DNA from: Acutalibacteraceae bacterium
GTDB lineage: Bacteria > Bacillota > Clostridia > Christensenellales > UBA1242
Direction: 5' to 3'
Assembly: GCA_963602035.1 (NCBI GenBank)
Contig: CAVCHC010000003.1
Span: forward strand, 1 to 54,191
DNA: 54,191 nucleotides
The position numbers and the translations under genes were made by a program. Shown piece by piece: positions 23,521 through 31,320 of this stretch. The notes beneath the pieces are model-generated. The model searched no databases. It was not told the origin of the DNA and was given only the letters and a program-made list of their open reading frames with translations. How positions within the stretch are numbered: the first letter of the stretch is position 1; each line of letters starts with the position of its first letter.

Positions 23521-26073
23521 ATGAGCGAATTTGACAAAAACGATGGGCTTGAAAAGGTTAATCTTGAAAGGGTTAATATTGAGGCCGAAAGCCAAGACGG
23601 GGCAACCAAGATTAAGCCTAAAAAGAAGGGCGTTGGCGAGGTGGTTTTGGCCAAAGACCTGTATCTTAAACCGCTTGACCAGGTAATTAATGACAGTATG
23701 ATGCCATACAGCGAGCACGTTATTCTTGACCGTGCGCTGCCGAGGGTTGAAGACGGGTTAAAGCCTGTGCAACGTCGTATTCTTTATACGCTTAACGAAC
23801 TTGGCATAACGCCTGACAAGCCGCACAAAAAAAGCGCGCGTATCGTTGGTGAGTGTTTGGGTAAGTATCACCCGCACGGCGATACCAGCGTGTATGACGC
23901 GATGGTTAGGCTTGCGCAGGGCTTTAATATGCGCAACACCTTGATTGACGGTCACGGTAACTTTGGGTCAATCGATGGCGATGACGCGGCGGCTATGCGT
24001 TACACTGAGGCCAGAATGACGCCGCTTGCGCTTGAAATCTTGCGCGACCTTGACAAAAACACGGTTGAATGGACGCTTAACTTTGATGACTCGTTAAAAG
24101 AGCCTGTTACGCTTCCGTGCAGATTTCCTAACCTTTTGGTTAACGGCGCGAATGGCATTGCGGTTGGGCTTGCAACAAACATCCCAACGCACAACCTTGG
24201 CGAAGTGATTGACGGGTGCGTTGCCTTTATTGACAACCCTAACATAACGCTTAGCGAGATGATGAAGCGCATCAAGGGGCCAGATTTTCCTACTGGCGGC
24301 TTTATTATCGCGGGTGACGATTTGGTTAAGGCGTATGAAACGGGCAAGGGCAAGATAATTTTGCGCGCTAAGGTTCACATTGAGGGGGCGGATGGCGACA
24401 AGAAAAATATCGTTATTGACGAGTTGCCTTATCAGGTCAACAAGGCGAACCTGCTTCAAAAAATTCTTGAACTTAGGGATACAAAAAAAGAGGAACTTGC
24501 GGGCATTGCTGAAATCTGTGACGAAAGTGACAGGGCGGGTATGCGAGCGGTGGTTCGCGTTAAAAAAGATTTTGATGCTAATAAAATCCTTAACTTTTTG
24601 TTTAAATACACGTCGCTTGAAACCAGCTTTGGCATAAATATGGTTGCAATCGCCGAGGGGCGCCCACAGCAGATGGGGCTTTTGAAAATCATTTCGTATT
24701 ACGTTGGGTATCAGCGCGAGGTGGTTTTAAGGCGGTCTAAGTTTGAACTTGACGAGGCCAAAGAGCGCGAGCACATCTTAAAAGGCCTTGTTATTGCGGT
24801 AAGAAACATTGACGAGGTTGTTGCCATCATCAAAAAGTCAGGCTCTCCTAGTGAAGCGAAAACGGCGCTTAGGATAAGGTTTGACTTGTCAGACAGGCAG
24901 GCGCAGGCTATTCTTGATTTAAGGCTTGCGAAATTGACCAGCCTTGAAATATACAAACTTGAAACGGAGCTTGCTGAACTTGAAAAGCGTATCGCGTGGC
25001 TGACGCAAGTGGTTGGCAGCAAAAAGATGCAACTTGACCTTGTTAAAACCGAGATGCTTGAAATTAAAAAGAAATATAAAGACCCACGCAGGTCGGTTAT
25101 AATCGGGGCGGCTGAGGAATATGAAATCCCAGCAGCAGCAAACGGCAGTGACAGACCGATTGAAGAAGTGTTTGTTTCGATAAGCGAAAACGGCTTTATT
25201 AAGGGTATGACGGCCAAGTATTTCGCGGGCGCAACCAAAACGTTTGGCGAAAGAAGCAACCTTAATGAGGTTTATAAGCAAATCTTAAAAACGGCGACTG
25301 ACAAGCAGATACTGGTTTTCACTAACCTTGGCAATGCGTTTAAAATCAATGTGTCAAGCATACCAGAGTGTAAGTGGAAAGAAAAGGGCGCGGCGTTTAG
25401 TGACCTTGCGCCAGCGAAGTCTAACGAAAAACCAGTTGCGTTGGTAGAGATAACTGACCCAATGCCAGAAGGGTTTATGTTATTCTTCACAAAACAAGGT
25501 ATGATTAAAAAGACGGCGTACAGCGAATACACCTTGCAAAAATCGGCGTATCAGGCAATCAAGCTTAAAGACGGCGACGAACTTGTTTCAATCGAGCCTG
25601 ATGCTGGGGATAAAGACACCACGATTGTTTGCGTAACCAAACTTGGAATGGTGTTAAACGCGCTTAAAAACGACATCCCAGAGCAAGGGCGTGTTGCGGG
25701 CGGCGTTAAGGGCATTATGATGGCGGACGACGACGAGCTTGTTTTGATTAGTCAAATCAAAAAGGGCGTGAATCTTATCGCGATAACGGATAAGGCGTAT
25801 GCTAAGCGCGTAAACATTTGCGAGATTGACCCGATGGCCAGATACAGAAAGGGCGTTAAACTTTATGAACTTAAACCTAACACCACGGGGTCGGCGATTG
25901 TTGGCGCGTTTGTTGAAACTGACCGCGCGGAGGTTATCGTTGTAACAAGCGAAAACGAGTTTGAGGCGATAAACCTTGAATCTATCCCAGAAGACACGCG
26001 TGGCAGCAAGGGCAAGCGCCTTAGCCTTGACGGTATTGACCTTATCGCGGCGTATTATAGGCGTCTTAGTTAG
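23521..26073 (+). CDS. DNA gyrase/topoisomerase IV subunit A (type IIA topoisomerase cleavage subunit; features lean ParC)
   Basis: 850 aa. Motifs are DGLKPVQRRILY, GKYHPHGDTSVYDAMVRLAQ and the active-site tyrosine in AAMRYTEARM. The C-terminal beta-pinwheel repeats show no recognisable GyrA box (Q-R-R-G-G-K-G) at the start of the CTD. There is a ~45-aa N-terminal extension. Confidence 0.85.
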   Translation: MSEFDKNDGLEKVNLERVNIEAESQDGATKIKPKKKGVGEVVLAKDLYLKPLDQVINDSMMPYSEHVILDRALPRVEDGLKPVQRRILYTLNELGITPDKPHKKSARIVGECLGKYHPHGDTSVYDAMVRLAQGFNMRNTLIDGHGNFGSIDGDDAAAMRYTEARMTPLALEILRDLDKNTVEWTLNFDDSLKEPVTLPCRFPNLLVNGANGIAVGLATNIPTHNLGEVIDGCVAFIDNPNITLSEMMKRIKGPDFPTGGFIIAGDDLVKAYETGKGKIILRAKVHIEGADGDKKNIVIDELPYQVNKANLLQKILELRDTKKEELAGIAEICDESDRAGMRAVVRVKKDFDANKILNFLFKYTSLETSFGINMVAIAEGRPQQMGLLKIISYYVGYQREVVLRRSKFELDEAKEREHILKGLVIAVRNIDEVVAIIKKSGSPSEAKTALRIRFDLSDRQAQAILDLRLAKLTSLEIYKLETELAELEKRIAWLTQVVGSKKMQLDLVKTEMLEIKKKYKDPRRSVIIGAAEEYEIPAAANGSDRPIEEVFVSISENGFIKGMTAKYFAGATKTFGERSNLNEVYKQILKTATDKQILVFTNLGNAFKINVSSIPECKWKEKGAAFSDLAPAKSNEKPVALVEITDPMPEGFMLFFTKQGMIKKTAYSEYTLQKSAYQAIKLKDGDELVSIEPDAGDKDTTIVCVTKLGMVLNALKNDIPEQGRVAGGVKGIMMADDDELVLISQIKKGVNLIAITDKAYAKRVNICEIDPMARYRKGVKLYELKPNTTGSAIVGAFVETDRAEVIVVTSENEFEAINLESIPEDTRGSKGKRLSLDGIDLIAAYYRRLS

Positions 26074-26190
26074 GTGGCGGCGTGAAACAATGACGGCTGG
26101 CGGCAGATAATGTAAGTGGCGGCGTAAAAATGGCAGATGGCGCTGGTAATCTATGTTGCGGCGCGGGTTTTGGTAGGTTAGGTGGGCGTT
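26071..26190. repeat. degenerate ~21-bp tandem repeat beginning at the stop codon of the topoisomerase A gene
   Basis: The copies read taggtggcggcgtgaaacaatgac / ggctggcggcagataatg / taagtggcggcgtaaaaatg / gcagatggcgctggtaatctatg / ttgcggcgcgggttttgg / taggttaggtgggcg. Confidence 0.7.
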
Positions 26191-26272
26191 TGTTTTAAAA
26201 ATTTGAAAAACCTATTGAAATTTATTTAAGTGTGTGATATATTTGGTGTAACAAAGGTTTTGAGGTGAAAAT

Positions 26273-26560
26273 ATGAGCAAGTTAAATGGTAACGAGGGGC
26301 GTATTCAAAACATTGAGGATATTAAGCGCGACCTTGACAGGGCGGTTGACGAAAAGTATGCTATCATCGAGATTGCAACGGACAACATTCGCGAAAGCAA
26401 AAAGAGAATGGAAACCGAGCTGATGAGCGACATTGAGTACAACGCGCTTAAACAAAATGTTGCGCTTAATCAAAGCATTATTGACCAAAGTCTTACTGAC
26501 CTGCACGAGATTTTTAAGCGTATCGCCGAGCTTGACGAAGAGGTTGAAAACTTTAAATAA
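26273..26560 (+). CDS. hypothetical small coiled-coil protein (95 aa)
   Basis: GAGGTG RBS. The sequence is charged and heptad-like throughout, and a clean terminator follows. No family recognised. Confidence 0.5.
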   Translation: MSKLNGNEGRIQNIEDIKRDLDRAVDEKYAIIEIATDNIRESKKRMETELMSDIEYNALKQNVALNQSIIDQSLTDLHEIFKRIAELDEEVENFK

Positions 26561-26582
26561 TTTTAGTAATCAATTTTAAAAG

Positions 26583-26607
26583 CAGCCACAAACGTGGTTG
26601 TTTTTTT
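26583..26607 (+). terminator. intrinsic terminator
   Basis: CAGCCAC (26583-26589), loop AAAC, GTGGTTG (26594-26600), then TTTTTTT. Confidence 0.7.
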
Positions 26608-26870
26608 GTGCGTAAGTTTGGGCGGCGGGACTGTGGTATTGTTGTGATTGATAAGGGGATGTGTTGCCATAAAAATAAATGTGCGTCGTTGAGGTGGCGG
26701 GTGATGATATGTGCAGTTTTTGGTGACGGTGGCGAAAATTTTATTAGGGTTTTTAACGGCGGAGGAAGAGAGATTTTTTATGCGCGAATTTTTTAATTTT
26801 GTTGCGCAAATTAAGCTGGGTTTCAGGTTGATTTTTGAAATTGGATAAATTAAAATTGTTGCGTTTTTGT

Positions 26871-26899
26871 TTGACCGCGTGGGTTGTTTTTGGTATACT
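26871..26899 (+). promoter_or_regulatory. SigA-type promoter with extended -10
   Basis: TTGACC (26871-26876), a 17-nt spacer ending in TGG, then TATACT (26894-26899). A second TATAAT lies at ~26921. Confidence 0.5.
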
Positions 26900-26964
26900 A
26901 AGTGTAACAAGGTGGCGGGGTATAATTTGCCCTAAGATGCCTAACACTAAACAAAACGGGAAAT

Positions 26965-29076
26965 ATGGATAAAAACGAAAGGGAAAATCTTAACGCGCGC
27001 GGGGGTAAGAAGACGGGGTCTTCTTCTTTTGGCGGCGGTTTTTCAATAAATAAGTTTTTAAATAGTTTAGGCGCCGTGCCTGAGATGACGGAGCGCCAAC
27101 AAAACTATATTCCTAACACGCAGCGCGGTGATGACGGTGAGGCGTATAAAGTCGCGGCGTATGAAGAGAGAGAAAACGCGGCGAATAGTAACGCAGATGC
27201 GGGATACCAAACCGCGGATGGGGGCGACGATTTCGCGTATGATAATGCGTATGACGCGGCGGATGAAAACGATGTGTACGCAAGCAGAGCAGATGATAGA
27301 AATACTAACGCAAATAGGGCGGATGATGGTGATGCATACGCAAGCGGCGTGGGCGTTAAAAATGAAGTGAATGCAACTCGCGAGGAAAGTGACGCTGAGT
27401 TTGACGCGCGTGAAAAAGCGGTTATTAATAAATTTTCGGGCGTGAGGTGGACAAGAAAACACAAAAACGCCGTTTTAAGAGAAGATGTAGCGGCGCGAAA
27501 TAGTGCTGGTTATGCGCAGAATAGAGCAAACTACGCGCAAGAAGAAATAAGACGAAACGAACTTGATAGCGCGCAACCATTGGTGGCACAAGAAGAGAGG
27601 TTTAACCCTGAGGTGGCGGTACCTCTTACAGTGCAAGTCGATGAGCGGGCTGAGGCAGCGCAAAATGGAATACAACCTGAGGTGGCGCGTGTTGATGCGA
27701 ATGAGCAGGCCGAATCAGACCAACCTTATGCGGACGTGCAGGCCGAGTTGGCGCAACCAGAACCCGCAGCGCAGGCAGAGGCGATACAAAATGAAACGGC
27801 CGCGCAGACTGAGGTTACGCGTGATGAGATGAGCGCGCAGACCGATACAGCTAAGGCGGCGGGCGCGCAAGATGACGATTTTGATGATTTTGACGCGTTC
27901 TTAAAAAGCCTTGAAAGCGAAGAGGCGGCGGTTGAGGCTAGGCAAAATAGTCAACCTAACTCGTCAGCGGCGGGCGCAGCAAATGGCGTGGCGGCGGCGG
28001 GTGATGCTGGCAACATTGTAACGGGAAGCGCGGATAGTGCGGCTTCGGGCAGCCAAAACGTAAGCGAAAACGCGGGCTTAACTGCGGGGACTGCTTATGG
28101 CAACGCTAACGAAATGGCGGCAGGTGGCGAGACGGGCAAGGCCGAGGCAACGGGCACGCAAAATACTGACGCGGCGGGCACCGATGGCGGCAAAAGGCGA
28201 AAGAGCATATCTAAGCTTGACTATTTTAAATATCGCTTTTTGGACAACAGCGCAACGGGTGCCAATGGCAAGGCTAACCTTGAAAGAATGACGTCGCGGT
28301 TTGGCACGCGTAGGCAAGAGACGGCCAGCACGATTACCAGCGCGCACGGCGAGGTCAACGTTAGCGCCAAAGACGACCTTTATGGCAAAGAAATCAACCT
28401 TGACTTCTCTAAAAAGGGCAACGCCAAGGTTTATCACAACACGCAGACGCTTGCGTTTGTTGCGTGCATTGCGGCGTTTATCTATGCGATTGCGGGCGTG
28501 GTTGTGTTTATGATGTTTGGCATTGTTACGCCGCCAAAAGTTGAGGTGGTAAGCGCCAAACTTAACGTCGGCGGAATTATCTATGCGCAAAAGGGCGAAA
28601 CGCTTGACCTTTCAAACGTCAAAATTTTTGTTAACTACAACAACGGGCAAAAAAAGACCGTCGCGTTTGATAAGTCGCTTATTGTTGAAAAAGACGCTGC
28701 GATGATTGACGACGACCTGAAAGTTGTTGGGCTAAGTCAAACGGCGCCAACGGTTATCAAGGTGGCGTATGACAACAAGGTGGGCGAGATTTTGGTTTGG
28801 GGGTATGAATGGACGGTTGGAGACGTACAACTTTCATACTTTTTAACGAAAGGGGACGACTTGTTAGGCGATTTTAGCAATGTTTGTTGCGTTGCAAAGT
28901 TTTCTAAAACCGTAGGCGCGGGGACAAGTTATGCAAAAACCATAACCAAAACCAGCATGATAATAGACCTTGAAAACGATGTTACTGACGTTAGAAAAAG
29001 CGGCTCTAACATAATGTTTACTGGCAGCGTTGGCGGCGTCGGCAGCGGCGTCACCTGGACAGCAGAAAAAGCGTAA
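26965..29076 (+). CDS. hypothetical bitopic membrane protein: ~494-aa disordered acidic/Q-A-rich N-terminal region, one TM helix, ~180-aa extracytoplasmic Ig-like region
   Basis: 703 aa. Repeats such as DVYASRADD / DGDAYASGVG and AQ(P/A)E.AAQ are present. The TM helix is TLAFVACIAAFIYAIAGVVVFMMFGIV (~aa 495-521). The C-terminal YAQKGETLDLSNVKIFVNYNNGQKKTV...VIKVAYDNK resembles a Big_3-type Ig domain pattern. Confidence 0.6.
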   Translation: MDKNERENLNARGGKKTGSSSFGGGFSINKFLNSLGAVPEMTERQQNYIPNTQRGDDGEAYKVAAYEERENAANSNADAGYQTADGGDDFAYDNAYDAADENDVYASRADDRNTNANRADDGDAYASGVGVKNEVNATREESDAEFDAREKAVINKFSGVRWTRKHKNAVLREDVAARNSAGYAQNRANYAQEEIRRNELDSAQPLVAQEERFNPEVAVPLTVQVDERAEAAQNGIQPEVARVDANEQAESDQPYADVQAELAQPEPAAQAEAIQNETAAQTEVTRDEMSAQTDTAKAAGAQDDDFDDFDAFLKSLESEEAAVEARQNSQPNSSAAGAANGVAAAGDAGNIVTGSADSAASGSQNVSENAGLTAGTAYGNANEMAAGGETGKAEATGTQNTDAAGTDGGKRRKSISKLDYFKYRFLDNSATGANGKANLERMTSRFGTRRQETASTITSAHGEVNVSAKDDLYGKEINLDFSKKGNAKVYHNTQTLAFVACIAAFIYAIAGVVVFMMFGIVTPPKVEVVSAKLNVGGIIYAQKGETLDLSNVKIFVNYNNGQKKTVAFDKSLIVEKDAAMIDDDLKVVGLSQTAPTVIKVAYDNKVGEILVWGYEWTVGDVQLSYFLTKGDDLLGDFSNVCCVAKFSKTVGAGTSYAKTITKTSMIIDLENDVTDVRKSGSNIMFTGSVGGVGSGVTWTAEKA

Positions 29077-29086
29077 TAACAAATAT

Positions 29087-29113
29087 AGACCTGATTTAAG
29101 CAGGTCTTTTTTT
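29087..29113 (+). terminator. intrinsic terminator
   Basis: AGACCTG (29087-29093), a 7-nt loop, CAGGTCT (29101-29107), then a T-run to 29113. Confidence 0.8.
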
Positions 29114-29178
29114 GTGTAAATTCGCCTGCTAATTTTATCCTAAAATTTTGGGTGAGCACGCTTGCGCGTGGAGATAAA

Positions 29179-29326
29179 GCGGCTGAGATTGCCACGTCGC
29201 TACTCTCCTCGCAATGACAATTAGCAGTCGGGCGTTAGTATGACGGCAGCAAGCGTAAATATATTTACAACGAACACTGGCCGAAGCAGAGCGTAGGTTT
29301 GGTGAGGGGTAAATGTATTTACGCGG
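29179..29326 (+). repeat. interspersed ~145-nt repeat element, copy B
   Basis: Aligns with 2994-3133. It contains the GATTGCC...GCAATGACA motif (29187-29219). The 16-bp stem pairs 29253-29268 (gcgtaaatatatttac) with 29309-29324 (gtaaatgtatttacgc) and has one U:G. Confidence 0.8.
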
Positions 29327-29360
29327 GTGAACTAAATAGTTATTGTAAATAATCGGCCGC

Positions 29361-29402
29361 ATTTCAACTTTCAACTTTCAACTTTCAACTTTAAACTTTA
29401 AC
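29361..29402. repeat. hexamer array (CAACTT)n
   Basis: atttcaactttcaactttcaactttcaactttaaactttaac. Confidence 0.85.
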
Positions 29403-29407
29403 AATGG

Positions 29408-29441
29408 GATTGCCACGTCGCATCCGCTCCTCGCAATGACA
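29408..29441 (+). repeat. GATTGCCACGTCGC-N-CTCCTCGCAATGACA motif copy
   Basis: gattgccacgtcgcatccgctcctcgcaatgaca. Confidence 0.8.
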
Positions 29442-29649
29442 AGTAGAGTGCAAGGGGCTGGTAATAAAATAAAAGGGTGTTGGTTGGCGCGATGCATAAA
29501 TGCGGAGGGTGGGTAATAGTATTTTAAAAAGCGCTTAGACAGACAAAAACGACAAAGTTTGGCAAAAACCCAGTTTTGTTGACATTTATCAAGGGTTTTC
29601 TTGTTCGGTTTAATCTTGGCGCCATATATAATAAAGGAGCATTAAGTTT

Positions 29650-30417
29650 ATGAAGATATGTAGCATCAATGTTCGGCCGCTTAGGCTTGTGTGCGCGATG
29701 GGGCTTGTTATTGCAATGCTTGGGTGCTTGCTGTTTTTCTCTAAGTCGCAAACGGTGTATTTTGGGTATACAGCAAGGCTGGTTCCTATCTATTCGGTTA
29801 ACACCAAAGAGAAAAAGGTGGCGCTTAGCTTTGACGCGGCGTGGGGCGCTGACAAAACAAGCGAAATCGTTAAAATCTGTAAAGAAAACAATATCGGCGC
29901 GACGTTCTTTTTGGTTGGGTTCTGGACAGAAAAATACCCTGACAAGGTAAAAGAAATCTATGACGCGGGCTGTTTTGACATCGGTACGCACAGCAACACG
30001 CACCCGCAGATGAGCAAACTTAGCGCGGCGCAGATAAGGGGCGAACTTGAAACTTCTTGCAAACTTTTAACCGATATAACGGGGCAAAAGGTACGCTTTT
30101 TTAGGCCTCCGTATGGCGACTATAACGACCTTTTGATTTCGACGGCGTCTAACCTTGGGTTGCAAACTATTCAGTGGAGCGTTGACTCGCTTGACTGGAA
30201 GGGTTTAAGCGCAAGCCAGATACTTACGCGAATTAACACGGGGGTGCACGACGGCGCAATCATCCTTTGCCACAACAACAGTGACCACATCGTTGAGGCG
30301 TTGCCGCAGATTATATCTAACCTTCGTGAGCAGGGCTATAAAATGGTTAAAATGAGCGAGTTGGTTATGGAAAGTGACTATATTGTCGATAATAACGGGG
30401 TGCAAACAAAAAAATAA
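29650..30417 (+). CDS. polysaccharide deacetylase (NodB homology domain; PdaB-like sporulation-type)
   Basis: N-terminal hydrophobic anchor, then SFDAAWG (PdaB-like variant of the TFDDG motif). HSNTHP (H-S-x-x-H) and RPPYG motifs follow. Confidence 0.8.
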   Translation: MKICSINVRPLRLVCAMGLVIAMLGCLLFFSKSQTVYFGYTARLVPIYSVNTKEKKVALSFDAAWGADKTSEIVKICKENNIGATFFLVGFWTEKYPDKVKEIYDAGCFDIGTHSNTHPQMSKLSAAQIRGELETSCKLLTDITGQKVRFFRPPYGDYNDLLISTASNLGLQTIQWSVDSLDWKGLSASQILTRINTGVHDGAIILCHNNSDHIVEALPQIISNLREQGYKMVKMSELVMESDYIVDNNGVQTKK

Positions 30418-30429
30418 TTGGAGGAATTT

Positions 30430-31164
30430 ATGAGCAACAATTTTGAAAAGAACAATCAAGCGACTATCGTTGGAGTAATTGACAGCGACCTTGAATTCAG
30501 TCACTCGGTTTTGGGGGAGGGGTTTTATAACTTTACGGTTAAAGTGCCGCGCCTTTCAAGCGAAAGTGACCTTATCCCCGTGACTATCAGCGAGCGCCTT
30601 TGCGGCGGCATTAAAAAGGGCGATAAAGTGGCGTTTTTTGGCCAGTTTAGAAGTTATAATAAGATGGTTGGGGGCAAAAGCAAACTTATGCTTACGCTGT
30701 TTGTTCGCGAAAGGCTTGACCCCGAAACCACAAGCGACATTAATGAAATTCGCCTGACGGGCTATATCTGTAAAGAGCCGATTTTCAGGACGACGCCGTT
30801 TGGCCGCGAGATAAGCGACCTTTTGGTGGCGGTCAATCGCGCGTACAATAAAAGCGACTATCTTCCGTGCATCGCGTGGGGGAGAAACGCAAGGTTTTCG
30901 CTTAACCTTCAAGTGGGCGAAAAGATAGATATTATCGGGCGCATCCAAAGCCGCGTTTATCAAAAGCGTATTGATGAGAACACGGTTGAAAACCGCACGG
31001 CGTATGAGGTGTCAGTCGGCAGCATCGCCCTTGCGGATATGGGCGACGCGCTTGAATATTCGTCTCTTACGGGCGCACGCACCACGGGCACGGGCGACTA
31101 CACAGCCAGCAACCTGTTAAACCCGCAGGCCGCCAGCGCCACCTTTGGCAGCAATGCTATGTAA
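30430..31164 (+). CDS. single-stranded DNA-binding protein-like protein with two tandem OB folds
   Basis: 244 aa with a GGAGG RBS 6 nt before ATG 30430. OB2 (NEIRLTGYICKEPIFRTTPFGREISDLLVAVNR...DYLPCIAWGRNARF...GEKIDIIGRIQSRVYQ...RTAYEVSV) follows the SSB pattern. OB1 (aa ~10-100) is a more divergent copy. There is no acidic D-D-D-I-P-F tip. Confidence 0.6.
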   Translation: MSNNFEKNNQATIVGVIDSDLEFSHSVLGEGFYNFTVKVPRLSSESDLIPVTISERLCGGIKKGDKVAFFGQFRSYNKMVGGKSKLMLTLFVRERLDPETTSDINEIRLTGYICKEPIFRTTPFGREISDLLVAVNRAYNKSDYLPCIAWGRNARFSLNLQVGEKIDIIGRIQSRVYQKRIDENTVENRTAYEVSVGSIALADMGDALEYSSLTGARTTGTGDYTASNLLNPQAASATFGSNAM

Positions 31165-31185
31165 AATTAATGTAGATACAAAAAG

Positions 31186-31226
31186 AGAGTACTCTTGATG
31201 ATTGAAAGAGTACTCTTGTTTTTTTT
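31186..31226 (+). terminator. intrinsic terminator (twin palindrome) at the convergent junction
   Basis: AGAGTACTCT (31186-31195) and AGAGTACTCT (31207-31216) are each self-complementary and complementary to each other. A T-run follows at 31219-31226. Confidence 0.7.
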
Positions 31227-31298
31227 AGGACTTATTAACCCCTCCGTCTGCGCTTCACACTATGTTCGACCATCCTCCCATTAAAAGGGGCGGAGTTG
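31226..31298 (+). repeat. interspersed repeat family C, copy 2
   Basis: taggacttattaacccctccgtctgcgcttcacactatgttcgaccatcctcccattaaaaggggcggagttg aligns with 11225-11282, with two short insertions. Confidence 0.65.
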
Positions 31299-31320
31299 GG
31301 TTGCGCTGGTGGGTGCCCTT

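Noticed and set aside
26563-26947. Small ORFs in the 400-nt gap before the 703-aa gene (26563-26910 minus, 26608-26796 plus, 26753-26947 minus)
   Set aside because: They overlap one another, the terminator and promoter-like sequences. The region is made of degenerate repeats, and no RBS or motif is present.
28078-28590. 170-aa minus-strand ORF inside the 703-aa gene
   Set aside because: The product is Arg-rich and antisense to the TM-helix-encoding part of the plus-strand gene. No start context is present.
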